From Harriotta raleighana (taxonomy: Eukaryota), in the NCBI GenBank assembly GCA_050575255.1, contig JBNZDD010013730.1, forward strand, positions 2,768,503-2,832,502: a DNA stretch of 64,000 nt, given 5' to 3'. The notes under the pieces are model-generated. The model was not told the origin of the DNA, made no database searches, and was given only the letters and a program-made list of their open reading frames with translations. The position numbers were made by a program, and so were the translations under genes. This document shows positions 48,991 through 63,580 of the stretch, one piece after another (position 1 is the first letter of the stretch; every line of letters starts with the position of its first letter).

Positions 48991-50899
48991 ACGAATCCTG
49001 CGGCTATCACAGGAAAGAAATGGAACTGTCGCAGGAAGGAAGTTACAATGTCCAGAAATGGAGCAATTATCTTGTTCCGAACAGGACATTATCACAGCCC
49101 TAAAGCGTAGGAATGGACGGACATCCTAACCGCATTAAGAAGCTAGTTTCTTAGATCCATCTGATACACCAAAATAGGCACATCAATCTTCCTTGTTACA
49201 CAACCTACGGAAGCACCCCTCGAGAAAAATGCTTAGCCACTCATTCTCTTCCAACCAGAATTAAAAGTACAGTACCATTATTAATTTCATTCTCTGTAAC
49301 TGATAATTTCCTTTTCAAAGAAATCAACATCCAGCCGATAAAACAATAAGACAAAACTGGACAGTAAGACAATAAGACAAAGCCAATAAGTCAAAACTGG
49401 AGAATATGTGGCACTTTATCCTTCAGTGGTGAGTGAGACAAGCCAATATCTCAGTCAAGGATAAAGTTTCCAACCCATTTCTTCATGATGATATTAGTTG
49501 TCCTGGCTTATTGGTACCAGATTTTACAAGTCACCAATTGCTTCAACCAAGTTCTCTCATAAAGTACTTTGTCTTAAAAAAAACATGCCTGCCATTAAAT
49601 TGCCATTCAGGATGCTGAGCAATAAGTGAATGTAGAGAGGAGTCCTATCTCTTCGCAGTCATTTCTGGTTACAATAAATCACTCTCATTGCTTGGTTTTG
49701 GGCTTCGCAAATGTGCTCATGTTGCACGTCCAGGAACTCCAAACCATGAAGAAGACCTGGTTGGACAAGCCCGAAATGTGAATTAGGACTTTAACAAATT
49801 AATTTAGCAACACCATATCAGACTAAATTGGTATATAAACTGGTATACCAATCATAAATTGGTACTCACAACCCAAAATAATTAAATTTGGCGCAGAGAT
49901 GAAACACAAGTCATGCAGTTCGTGACAACCAACATATGAGTGAAGAACAGTAACTCAATTTCCACTGGTGGAAAAATCTTTTTCAAATGTTGTGGATTTC
50001 CAGCATGTATAACTTTCAGTTTAAAATTACAGCTTTTTTTAAAAAAAATCTCTTGCGGAATATATATTTGTTTATGTATTAAAATATTTTGAAAGAAGAT
50101 ACATCTAGATAGTATTATTTTGCCAATGTAATGCTAATGGGATGGGGGAGTGGGCGCAGAACCAGACATAAAAAAATACAAAAGCTCGGATTGTGCCAAA
50201 TCACTAGAATACTGTTCAGAGAAGGACTTGGAATTGAAACTATAAACAGATACGGTGATGTGCAGCTACAAGTGGTTTTTTGAGATACGTACAGTACAAT
50301 ATGTTGAAAGTTGCAACAAAAAACATTTTTCAATGTTGCTATTAAAACACTTGAACAAAGCAAAAATCACACACAAACCCCAGTGATGTGTTCAGATTTT
50401 GGCTTGAGTATCTCATGTCCAGGTAATCACAAATCAATCGCCAGAAACAAAAGCCAAATCAATTGGAATATTTAACCTAGTTACTGCAGTATAAAGACAA
50501 ATTAACTTTTGTATTTAACCAATATAGGCTTTTTAACAAAATGTCAATTCAAGTTATTATTAATTTAACGCAGCAAAAAAACTATAGAAATGCTATAACC
50601 AACTCATTCCAAGATACCTATAAACCTTGCTCAATAACTACTGACAAGAAGAAATATGAATCACTTCTCAAAAGGATCACAAGTAGAGTTCAAGTGAGGG
50701 ATTGATTCAGTGTCCTTTTTTGTCACTTGATATAAATTCAATGTTCTTTTATGTTAAAGATTTCATATCTGACTTGGCATAGTCTGTTAGAGAATAGCCA
50801 ATTAAACCAAATCATTAAGGGAGGGAGGTAAATGGGTCAAGACAGTTTTATATAATAACAAAATTGGACAGATTACACCTGACATTAAATCAGTTATAT

Positions 50900-51360
50900 T
50901 TGGAATTTCGAAGGAGACAGGAGCCAGCCAAGCAGAGGCAGCGGGTGGTGAGGTGGGAGGGGAGATGGGTAAGATAGGTAGGGAGGTACAAGGGCAAGAA
51001 CAGATTTGAAAACTGGTGAGAATCTTGCAATCGATCAGTTCACGAATGGAAGTTGGTGGAGCCTGGCGAGGCCTGGTGTGATGGGGCAGGAGGAGGTGGG
51101 AGGGGGGGGGGAGGTCCGGAGTTTTGTGAGCGTGAGTATCCGGGCGGCGGGGTCTTGGATTAATTGAATTTTGAGAGTAGTGGAGCTGGGGAGACCAACG
51201 AGGAGGGCATTGGAAATGTCCAGCTAGGAACTGACAAAGGCGAGGCCCAGGGTTTCAGTTGTGTTGGTTGTGAGGTATGGACGGGGCAGGCAATGTGAAG
51301 GAGGTGGAAAGAAGCAATCCTGGTCAGGGAATGAATGTGGGGTAGAAAGTAAAGCTCATT
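50900..51360 (-). mobile_element. Old, degenerate L2 ORF2 fragment
   Basis: Minus strand PHIHSLTRIASFHL.HIA and further L2-like patches broken by frameshifts. Confidence 0.65.
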
Positions 51361-52663
51361 CATAAATGATGCAAAACTACTGGCAATTAAACTAATTAAT
51401 TAAATACTCATTATGCCACATGATTTGTCATTCAGATCAACATTTATTACTATTACTGAGTTTACCAGGACTGTCTTTCTCTCACGAGAAGCCATATGTG
51501 CTCCACAAACCACACCACTTTGTACAAAAAGGATGAAACTTGTTTGGCAAATGGATTAAACTCAAATATCAGGAAGTACAGTATTGTTTACAGAAATGTA
51601 AATCACACTTACACTTAGCAGATCTGACATGCTAAAGAGTAAGTTGATTTTATTAAAATATTAAACACGGACATGATTTTAAATCCATCACGTGACTGTA
51701 TCTCTTTCTTCCCACTAATGGAAGCTTTCAATTAGCAATGGATGTGACCTAATGCTTTTATTGTGTCTGGTAGCATCATTCTAATCTCAGTGGAAATGCA
51801 ATTTCTGGATAGATAATTGAATCTAATGCCCCCGATTCAAAAGGTTACCTAATAACACTTCTGAGAATTGGTCCAGTTTCAACTATATCTTGGTTTAATA
51901 TAAAATGCCCTGAACAGGCATGCCAACCAGCATTAACATTTATGGTTTGTTGCCTTCGCGAGTAAGTATCCATGTATGGGGAGGTGGGGAAAGAAGGAAA
52001 AAGGAAAAAGTTAATATTAAAACTATTCAAAAAACACGGGTCTCTACTTTAAACCACCTACAATTTTAAATTCAGAGCTTCATGAATCTCAATTGATTGC
52101 ACAAAATCTGTGACCACTTCAAAAAAGTCACCATTTATAGTGAGCTTGTAAAATTATAAAACATAAGGACTGTATACGACTACAAAGTTGAAATGTAATT
52201 CAAGCTCACTAGTCAGTTATGTATTGTGTTTGACTATAAAATAAACAATTTCCAGCAAAGCATTTTGTGATCAATGGTGGCCACACATCATCCTGTATTG
52301 GACCAATTAAACAATTGTACCTTCCAGTTATTATGACAGGCCTCAAAATAAAAATAACATCAATTGACTTATTCCTATACTACCTTCACTCACAGCAGGT
52401 TCTTTCTTTCAGTAACCTTACCACATTATTTACATGGATGATTTGTAGAAACATTGCAAAATGCAACTGTGGTATCGTGTTTTGAAATTACACAGTATAA
52501 TATTGAAGCTACTCTCTAGCTGTTCATAAATAAGGCATGAGATGATCTCATCCAGAAGAACCCCAGGGACCTACATTGTGTCTTGGCTTACCACATCTCA
52601 GACAGTACAAATATAGCAGAAGATATTAACAGAACAGTAATACTGTACATCAAAATATTGGAA

Positions 52664-52965
52664 AATAATAATAATCCTTACATTTGATGTAGTGCTTTTC
52701 ACATCTTCTCGACGTCTCAAAGCGCCTCACAGAATATACTGCAAAGTGAATTGACTGTATATTTGTGGCCGAAATACGGCAGCCAATTGCACACAGCAGT
52801 GTCCCACAAACTTAAATCCAGTTGTGGATTCAAGTGATCAATTTCTTTTTCTTAAAGGATTATTATCTGGTGTATGGAGTAAGGAAATTTGCCCACAGTT
52901 TTGCTCTGCCAGGAATTGAACCCAGGTCTCTTGCTTGCTCTCACCACCGAGCTACGGGACTCCAC
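52664..52965 (-). mobile_element. Full-length Deu-core SINE
   Basis: Matches the family; short deletion in the head. Confidence 0.85.
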
Positions 52966-55900
52966 ATAAGGTAGAACAACACAGAGAAAGAAGTTAAAAA
53001 CGTCCACCTCAGGCTTGACATAAACCTAACATTCCATTTGCACAACCCTACAATCGCTTGGAAATGAACAATTTTTTTCTTTGTGCAAACTGTATCTATC
53101 CTTGCAACCCTCTCAAAAAATACAATCTCAAATCTCAGAGTGTAGCTCTGACCCCTGATATATTACCTCATCTGGAGAAAGGAGGTCAGTTCCAGTAGCC
53201 AATGAATGACTACATATTAAAATATTTCTCCAACATCAACAAACATGATCCTCTAAGACTTTATTTCCCATTGTGTTTCGCTCTTCATTGAACAGGTTCA
53301 CGTGGCACCAGCTCAGTGGTCTACATTATTGCAACGCTCTTTTGAGCTCTCCCTACCTCCTTTAATGTGTTTATGTCTTTTGAGCTCATGGATGTAAAGA
53401 TTGAATATCCCTAGGATAATAGTCTGGCGGTTTCTTTACAGGATGGGGAGTGTTTGTGACTCAGTTGGTCTGGCCAAGCACCATCCATGCAGTGGCAGCT
53501 CACAAATCATAATGCTGCAAAATCAATAAAACAATAAAACACTGTGACAACGGGCACACACACTCACAGACAATTACACTAGTTCACCAACCATCAAGGC
53601 CACCCACAAGCTGCTCAACAAGATTCATTCACTCTTCATCGCGGTTCATCACATACAACAAGAGGTTTGTGAATATGCAAAGAACTGAACAAACAATTTC
53701 ATCAAAAATCACATTTTGTGCACTATCTTATTGCAAAGTCACGATTGTTGTGACAAGAATGGGTCCATTGAGTTCAGGATGTTCGTTTCATGATTTGTGT
53801 AATAATTGGGGAACAACTATCTGAATGAATTAGAAGACAGGTTGCTGAACCAAATGCTACTTTGTCAAGTATTGGAGTAAATATATTATATAGGGGAAAT
53901 AGATCTGTATAGAATAATGTCAAGAGAGTTGGTAAAGTTGGTGTTGATTTACTGATCAATTTGCTGAGACCTCTGTTTGATAAAAATGACTGAGTAATTT
54001 AGTACTAGCATTAAATACATATCTGTAATACAGCAATACATTTTTATAATACAACATTGAGTGATAAAAAGAGCCCCAAAGTAAAGCTTTGAATGATGGA
54101 AATCTGAAATAACAGAAAAGGTTGACAAAAAATTATACTGCCCAGTTCTCTATCATTGTGTATGTAATTCAAGTTCAACTAAGTTTATTTTCCAGAAGGA
54201 AGTAAACATATGCCCAAACTGATAAATATTATTCATCTAATGCACACATAAAAACTGAATTCCTGTATAGACCAACAGGGTAAAATTTTAAATTCCATGG
54301 ATTTACAAGGCTCTGGGTCAAAACTTTTAAATTGCAATAAATCCCAACAGTAAAAACCTTAAACGCTTGAAGAATATAATCACTCATCCATGGTGACTCA
54401 AAATATAATGGTGAGAGGGACCAGGTGCTTCAGCCAAACCAATAATTGAAGCTAAGCACTAAGATAATTTTTCTATCAATATCTACGGAAACATTTCAGC
54501 TAATTGAAAAAAATCCACTATGTATTCAGAGAAAATTAGAATAGTCTTCAACTACAATTGATCTAGCACAGCCAGGAGAATAAGAAGATGGGATTCCTTC
54601 TTCTGATTATTAGTATTTCTGCTTTGTTCAATGCATTTATATTTGTATTTAAAAAAGTGATTGCTGAGAATATTGTCAGAGAAGTGACCACTTATTGAGC
54701 TCACCAGTCAGGGAGATGACTGAACATCTGCAGCGATAGTCATTAACTTAAGAGTACTTCAGAAACAATTTAGTTGGTTGATTTAGTTCTGTCACAGTGT
54801 CAGGTTCAATCATTTTTCCAAGCCATTACCAAAAATAATGTCATAGAGAAAAAAAAACTAAGTGTTCAGCAAACCAACAGAACAGAAAAAGGCAGTAGAG
54901 AAAGTCAGAATGCAGAGAATAGATTTCACGTTTTAGAAGGCATCTCAAAAGGTATTTGCTTCCATTAGATAATAGACCCAGCAAATATCAGAATTTGTCA
55001 GAAGTTTAAAAAACACTTACACTTCAAGGTGTACAAGGGGCAAAACACCCAAAGTAAGACAACATGACAGTCAACATTGTCTAAATGAGGTCCAAGTGCC
55101 CAAATAAACTTGCAAACTTCTGACTCAAAAGACGACTGCTACCAAACAATAATGACAGAAAACAAAATTACATTTGTGTCGTGCCTTTCATGTTGTGAGG
55201 GCATTCCAAGGCCCTGGAATAATCCTTGCACTTGATAGCACTTTTGAGGTCTTCTGGACAAATCAGTACAGTGGGATAGAGATGCAGAGGAAGAGGTTTG
55301 TCTACCGAATCAAACCACTATGGCATAGTAAAGTGAAACATAGATACTATTGGATGTGCATCAGTATATTGTTTTGAAGCATTTAAAAAATATTTTCTGG
55401 TTTCTATACACACAATCTAGTAGTTTCTATATTCAATAAAATGGAACAAATAAAACAGACCATGCTCATCATTTTATCGGCTGTCTATAGTATGTATTCA
55501 CCATGATTTCTGCCAAGGTTGCAAAAAAAATCAATTCAATGTAAAATGAAGCAACATGTTCTTCAAACAAGGGTTAATCTTTTACAGCAGTAAAGACTAT
55601 ACAGGATCTTTGTTATTCACACAAAAAACACACAGCAATTGGCAACACTAAATATACTTTGTCACCCTTCCATAACATGCAGCCAATTCTCACTGAGTAC
55701 TTTTCAAATAAAACTGCATTTTTCAAGCTTACAGTAAAGCATAGGAGCAATGACCTAATTTTATAACTGGAGTTTTATTCCTACTATTGATCTATAATCC
55801 ATGCCCATCTATCTCCTCACTGAAGGCTGCAATGAAAAACTTCCTAACAGCCAGTCTATAATATCTGAAATAAGTCAAATAGTAAGTACAGTCAGTACCT

Positions 55901-57348
55901 AGCCTGGGTAATAAAGCAGAACTAAAAGCAATAAAGAGTTCAGTAAACTAGAATTCACAATTTTACAGAAATGCACTATATAAATGTAATTTTGTATTGT
56001 ACAGTATATGGAATGAATATGAAAAAAATACAAGATTATCATAATTCTTTTGATATTTGTACGGATATGTACAAGATCAAAAGGATCATTGCAGCCTGTC
56101 CTCATAGCTAAGGTTCCCCATTCCTGGAATCATTCTTGTGAATCTCCTCTGCACCCTTTCCAATGCCTTAATGTCTCATTCATTAAAATCATCCTAATTC
56201 ATACTATATTTTATACTTCTCTAATCAATTTCTTCAATGAATAGCTTATCTATTTTTCAATTTGCTGACACAATCTGCCTATCTGCCTCCTCCACTTCAG
56301 TAGGTAGTGTTCTAATGCAGCACTCTGAATAAAAGTAATTAAATATAAACTGCCTGTACACCTTCTCTCAGTGAAATGACTGTAGAAATGATAAATTGCC
56401 TAATATTTATCAGAAAAAAAAACTAGAACAGACAAGGTGTGGGTGCTAATTAAACTGAAGGGAAAAAAAATTAGTTCTTTTTCAGGAACCTGAAAATAAT
56501 ACTTGCAGATTCCTGTAAAATAATCTGCTAATATGTGGAATGGGCAAACATTAGATACAACTATAACTCTTAAAGCTAAATTAAGATATGTAAAATGGAA
56601 CAATTTTAGATTAAGATCAACGTCAGGAGGCAATATTGTACATCACCAACATTATTGTGTAAGTTTTTAAATCACAGAGGCAGATCAGTCCTCCTGCAAA
56701 CACCCCTTTAAGTGAACTGATGATGCTTAAAGTCATGGAAAATCGGAGAAAAGAAAAGAAAAATTATGAGTTCTTGCAAATGCCACTTAACTGAATAAAA
56801 GGTGGCCAGCACACATGGAAGCAAGTAAGAGGAAAAGCTGAAGATAACCATTCAAGATCTATGTATGGTAAACAGAAAATGTCTTTGTAAGCCCACACAA
56901 AGAGCTCCTTTGTGTCATGATTTTGCATACATTTACTCAAATACTGTGGCAGATGTACAGAATTAAAACCAACAGTCTTACTTCAGAATCACTAAAACGG
57001 GTGAAGACAACAGAGCTCATAGAACCACTCAGATCAGCTTTGCTAAACTTATAAACTTATGTTTTGGAACCTTGCAAAAAAAGCGTTTAGATAACGTCCT
57101 TCACTGCAGAAAAGATCCACATTTATTTTAATCACGTGAGTAGGACACAGTTAGCTGATTTGATGAATCATCCATCAAACATGAGACCCATCTGGCAGCC
57201 AGCCCATCACTGCAACCTTCTCATCTCAACATGCTGAAAATAAGACTTTCAATCGTTTTAAATTTTCTCAATTTAATCCTAGGTAAATCTGAAGAGCCCA
57301 ATTGGTTTATTTTGGGTTCCAATTTGCTTTTTGGACCATTGAAATTTA

Positions 57349-57760
57349 CAAACACAGAAGAAGGCCATTCGGCCCATTGTGTCTATACCAGCTCCCTCAG
57401 GAACAATCCTTTGAATCCCACCTCCCTAGCCTTTCACCTCATCCCTGCAGCCGACTCTTTATGAGCTAATCTCCGTATCGCCCTCTTAAAGGCCAATATG
57501 GATTTTGACCTAACTACTGCTCCAGGCAAGGCATTCCATATCTTAAGTATGTGAATGATAAAATGTTTCCTAACTTTCCCAGTTGCTTATTTAATAATTA
57601 TCTTAAATTGATGCTCTCTCAGAATATATGAACAGGAGTAGGGCATTCAGTCCCTCAAGCCTGTTCTGCTATTCTATAAAATCATGGCTGATCTGTATCT
57701 CAACTCCCACACCCTTGCACCCATATCCCTCGACACCTCTACCTAACAAACATCTAGTTA
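57349..57760 (-). mobile_element. Two adjacent CR1-like 3' end fragments
   Basis: ACAGAAGAAGGCCATTCGGCCCAT and GAACAGGAGTAGGGCATTCAGTCCCTCAAGCCTGTTCTGC terminal motifs; family from memory. Confidence 0.5.
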
Positions 57761-60700
57761 CTGACTCACTAACCAGTGGGAATAATTTCTCGCTATTAAC
57801 TATCAAAAGCCCTCACAATTTTAAAGATTTCTAGCAGGTTGCACCTGAAGCATCTTTATTCCAACAAAAAAAGTCTCAGTTCCTCCAGATCAACTCAGAA
57901 GCTAAAATGTGACTTTTAAGGATATATGTGCATTAATCCCAAGTCCTTTTGATCTACTATTCTTAATATTTTAACCACCTAACATATACCTGTTCTTATT
58001 GGGGAAATAGAGTAGTGATTCAGAAAAACACACATTATATATCACAGTGTGAATGTCATTCAATTTAATCACGCAACATTAGGAGTACAATATGGGCGAA
58101 AAAATATCTTGGTTGTTCACTAATGTAGATGCTACTCTAAATTTACAAATTGCCTATCAAGTAAATCAAAACCTCAGTTAAAAGCTCTACATTAAATTAC
58201 TGAAAATTAATTAGAAGAAGCTTCCCCCACACTCCTTTTCATGAAGGAAATGACTCATGGTGGAGCACTTTGATCCATCACCAGTCACCCTCCAATAAAA
58301 CGAGTGCCAGCAGGGTATACTCACTACATGTATTCAGTCAGTTCTGGAGAAAATCACAGGTGGGCTCAAACTAGTCCTCATTTAGCATTAATTTACAAAC
58401 ACCTTCAGGATTATACAGTGACCACACCAAGGCGCCCTCTGGGCAGTTTTTCACCTTCCTCGCTATGAAAATACTGCCTACTCCCTCGGAAATCAGATTT
58501 TGAATACTCCTGATTTCTTAAAAGTGGAGATTCTAGGCAAACTACCAATGAATATCGTGCACTACAGAATCAAGATGGGAAAATATCCAGAGAAATGAGT
58601 CGTCAATCGTATAGTAACATAAATATAACGAAAATTGGAAAGATTGCAAGAAAGAAAGATCACTTGTCAGATAACCAGCCTTTTAGATCAACTTTGAAGA
58701 GTGGTTAGAAAATCTTGTCCAGATGTAAAAGTAGCATTAAACATTTTTGTAAAATTGGTGCTTTACAGTTATCCCACATTGTACAAGATGGTTCATTGCT
58801 TTTACTCAACTCAAATAAGGTATTACAAACCCAAACTGTACATGTCAGGATTCGCATAGAAACTTGTTTACAGTTTATATCTTCAGAATTTCTCAATGTC
58901 TTCCTAACTTACTCCTAAACCCTCTAAGGGTTACCATTGATTAGATGTATACCTATGTATTTACTTTTATATGTACAATAGTACAATGTCTAAATTTCCA
59001 ACTGTAAATGTCCAACTGTACAATGTCTAAATTTCTTCCTTAAACATAGAGGTTCAGATCATGTACACAACCTGCCCAGGTTCTGCAATGCATGGTCTTT
59101 ATTGCACTAATTACTTAGTAATACTGTATAATCATAGGTATATCTTTTTATGCAAAGCTGTGGTCATGACTTTTTTAAAAAGTAATCAACAAGGTCTGCA
59201 TTGTGACTGGTTTACTGGCAAAACATTAATAATACACTGATGTAACTTGAGAAATCCATTGTGTATTGATTATATATTTAAAACAGGCACATCACATAAC
59301 TTTTATATATCAGATTTAAACTCCTCGAGATGGTGTGATAATGACATGTTGCATAGGACAGTATAATCTGTTTTGTACATTATTACAAATGAAGGAAAAG
59401 TCATAATTAGCAATTTTGAAACTGCCTTTCTTCCGCGTGCCATAAATTGACAGAGTTTACAGTTATTTATTCAGTCACATAAAAACCAGCACATAAAACT
59501 ACTAAAGAAGAACTGCTCAATTATTCCTGTGACAAATGAAATGCACCTATCTGTAGCTTAGCTGCTACAATGAAAAACAAATAACAGTACCAACAAATGT
59601 ATTAATCCAGAGCAAAGTTTCGCTGGTTTATGCTGAGTTTGCTCAAGTCACTTTCTCCCCACCAATCGTTTAGTGTACAACTATCTGGACCTCAGACTCC
59701 TAACAACAGCCATCAATGACGCATTAATTATACAAACGGATGAGGTGCTTCTGTCAGGCTGGATGTTCTCTGAACACTGATCAATTAAGCAATCTTGTAA
59801 CAAACCATAAAGCAGAACCATTTCCCAATTATGAACTTGCACCTCTCACGTTTGTACTTCAGTACCAACCATCCCAAAATTAATGGGAGGGGAGGGGGGG
59901 GGTGAAACAGTGAAACAAAAAATCACTATACTATTTGATCTCCAGCACCCAAGAATGAGATGGGTAATCTAGCTTTCCTGCAATATTTCTTTTGCAAAAC
60001 ACAAAAGAGCAGGTGTTGCAGTAGCTTTGGAGCTCATACTTTCAACACCGACAGCTTGGATCTCCAATCCATCCCAGACAGATGGGATGATAAACATCTC
60101 TCCTGCAATATATGGACGAGGGCCGTCTCAATCCAACTCCCAGTGGACATGCTCATAGCACAGTCCCTCTCTAATGCAGTACGTTCACGGAGGTCATGAT
60201 AGGCAATTTAAGAAATGGAAACGCTGCCACTGGTAAAGCAGCAAATACTAATAACAAGCTTGGCTTTATAGTCTCATAGTCACAGTAACAGAAAGAGGTT
60301 TGTGGAGTCAATGAGGCTGATTTGGGAATATATTTCTGCTCCTCGGTGCAGTTCTGCAAATTAAGTTGTTTTTGTTTTAAGCACTGTCCCTTTAATGTCC
60401 AGCCAAATCACTTCCCCTTGTTTCCTTTTCTAAACAATTCAAAAACTTCAGAAAGTGGAAAAAATAAACTGTGACTACATCAGACACTTGTCTCTGTTAA
60501 AGCGGATATTGTTGCACAGCAAAATACGAAAAATTAAGAGTTTTGTAAGCTCTTCGGTTTGACGGGTAAGACTTCAAACTGTACAGACACTTGCACTTAT
60601 AAAATCATTGAACTTATTTATTGTACAAGCAATACACCTTAAATTTTCACATAATTTTGACGCTAACAATTTTGACAAGCTAATGCATAGAAACCACAAA

Positions 60701-62044
60701 ATTTAGCATCCACTTGCACAACTTGAGGGGAACAGAAATATGCTACAATTGAATTGCATGAAACTGCTACATACCATTTTTTCCCACAGAACAAACCAGT
60801 GTCAGAAGAAACACAGATGAAAATATTATTGACATTGAACTCAAAGAGTGATCTGAACAGTTATAAGGGGTTCTGCAATTGCAAAATTCTCACGTACAAT
60901 TATTCCAGAATTACTGTTGGTCCAGGGTTATAGATCTTACATAAGGACTATTGCAGTAACATTGCATTCTTGGCTTAATTTCAGTTATAATTATAACCTT
61001 ATAATTCTCTTAAGACACGTGGCATTCTCTTAATTGCAGATCTTGCACTCATGAAAGAAGTATTGAATGTACAAATGCAGTACCCAAACTTTGCATTTCA
61101 TATAGTACAGATGTTCCTTTTTCACATTTTGAAAAAAATCTGACAATAACTAAAACAGAATATGTTAATACTAGCCACAGCCCACTGGCAGGTAACAGAT
61201 ATGTAGTCAGACTGGATCTGAAGAGTATGAAGCTCAAAATTAACCCTACCCCTTTCACTATAATTAAGGCAGTGCATGCAACAGGATTTTTAAAAAAAAA
61301 ATCCACCAACCAAAAACAATTGATATCAATCATTCCATTAATTTTTTCCCTGATAATTTTTGTTGATTATTTGTAAATATTCTGTCTATAAATGATTGCT
61401 GCTCACACAATTGTGGCCACAATAGCTTAGGGGAAACTAAGACAACACACAAAGCTTAAACTGAATCACTCTGAGTTAATAATTTATCACTCAAGGTTAA
61501 TTCCGCTCCTTTATACTGCCGTAATCAGTAACTTTACAATCCAGCACACAGAATCTCACCAGGGCTCAATTTAAACGATATTCATAAAATGTACCATACA
61601 CCCAGGTTCGATTCCTGGTTCTTGCTGAATTGCCCTCACTACCTTAGAAGGGTAGCCTGGGGGGGGGTGGGAGGGGAATTCAAACTGTTTTCATATCTGA
61701 TCTCTACTGGAAAATGTGTGTACGATACCGGGTCAGGACAAATTTGAACTCGGCCATGATCGCAATAATCTGCCAACACTCACCTCCCAGGTTCACACAC
61801 CACGTCAGTGCGTCAGTTGAGCAATATATGTTTACAACCCACTCTTGCATGCAAGGAATGTCAGCGTTAATCAGTGACAATGGTGGAGAAGTAAGTGGTG
61901 AAGGTATTTAAAAGAAAATGNTTAATCAGTGACAATGGTGGAGAAGTAAGTGGTGAAGGTATTTAAAAGAAGAAAATGAAAAAAAAAGGAATCCACAGGA
62001 AGACAGAATTGGGTTATGTTTTGTAAAGCTATGTTGTAATATGT

Positions 62045-62190
62045 TGTAGTTCAAGACTGAGGTAGATGGATATTTGTTAGATCAGGGTATCAAGATATAT
62101 GGCCAGGACACTGGAAGAGATACAGATAAGCCATGATCTTATAGAATGACAGAACAGGCTCAAGGGGCTGAATTGCTTACTCCTGTCCTA
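62045..62190 (+). mobile_element. CR1-like LINE 3' end
   Basis: FKTEVDGYL-like ORF2 end then GAACAGGCTCAAGGGGCTGAATTGCTTACTCCTGT, the reverse complement of the 10041 and 57630 motif. Confidence 0.55.
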
Positions 62191-62677
62191 ATACAATTTC
62201 ACTAAGTAATTTTACTAACAACTTCCCAAAAATACATTTTCTTTACGTTACAGTAACACAGGATTCTTTACAACGTAAAATATCACCACCTGCAAACTTT
62301 AACATTTTTTTAAAATGGTACTTTTAAGGGTATGATTCCTTCTCCTCTATAATTCAATGATAGTCAAATAAAGTGATCCACATTTGCCCATTTATTAATA
62401 GAATGAATGTGTGCCTGAGACACTGAATATCATGATGAATGAGTACCTTGGTTTTGCATGCATAAGGGAAAAAGGGAACAGAGCAGTATGAGAGGTTGGG
62501 GTTAAATTAACACTAGTCACATTAACACTGGCGTAGGGATTAAGATGGGCGGAGGCTCATGTGGAATATAAACATTCGCATTAACTAGCTGGGTCAAATG
62601 ATCTGATTCAGTGCTGTACAGTTCATGTAATTTTATAATCAAAAACACTACTTGGGTTCCCTAACTATGAAGGATAT

Positions 62678-63052
62678 AATAATAACTTATTGCATTTGAT
62701 ATGGCACTTTTCATTTCTTCTGGATGTCTCAAAGGGCTTCACAGAATATACTGTAAAGTGAATCGACTATATTTGTGAGCGAAAAGTAGTTTTGTTGTCC
62801 AATTACGCACAGCAATGTCCCACAAACAGTTGTGGATTGAGTGACCAAATATTTTTTTTTTTTTAAAAAAGGATTATCATCCCCGGAAAAGCAATCCATC
62901 AATTGACTAACAACTGCGTTCCTACTTACTGCTAGGTAAACAGAGGCATGTGGAGGAAAGAAACGTGCCAAATATTTGACTCTGCTGGGAACAGAACTAG
63001 GTCTCTGGATTGCAGGGCGAGATCTTTAACTACTGAGCTACAAGATTCCACA
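62678..63052 (-). mobile_element. Diverged Deu-core SINE
   Basis: Tail, core and head recognisable; extra sequence of about 60 nt in the middle. Confidence 0.75.
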
Positions 63053-63208
63053 GATATGAGCAACAAGAGAACATTTTCAGAATTAATGACGTTTGTGGAA
63101 TCCAATGCACAACAGAAACAGTGAACCTTCCAACATAATGCAAAACTTTCCCAGCTCCTTGGGACGCGAAAGGCGCTATGCAAATGTAATTCTGTTGTCT
63201 TTAATAAT

Positions 63209-63580
63209 CAATAACAACAACAACAACAACAATTTATATTGTGCCCTCCACGCCAGGCGGAGTCTCAGAGTGTTTCACAACAGCAGATCCCGGCGGTGAG
63301 CCAGGGTCAGGGGGAGAAAGGTGACCAAAGGCGCGGTCGAAGAGAAAGGTCTTCAGCTGAGACTTGAAACTGGAAAGAGAGGGGAAGAGGCGAAGGGAGT
63401 GAGGAAGGGAGTGAGGAAGGGAGTTCCAGAGCCTCGGGGTGTAGTGGCTGAAGGCACGGCCGCCGATGGTGGATTCTGGGAACAAGGAGGGGGCCAGACC
63501 CGGTGGAGCGAAGGCAACGGGTGCTGGAGAGGTCGGAAAGATAGGGGGGTGCAGAAGAGTGGAGGGATTTGAAACCAAGG
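63209..63580 (-). mobile_element. L2 LINE 3' fragment, second subfamily, tail-to-tail with a + strand tail at 63155-63200
   Basis: [23 protein letters not shown]...[15 protein letters not shown]; (GTT)n tail. Confidence 0.85.
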
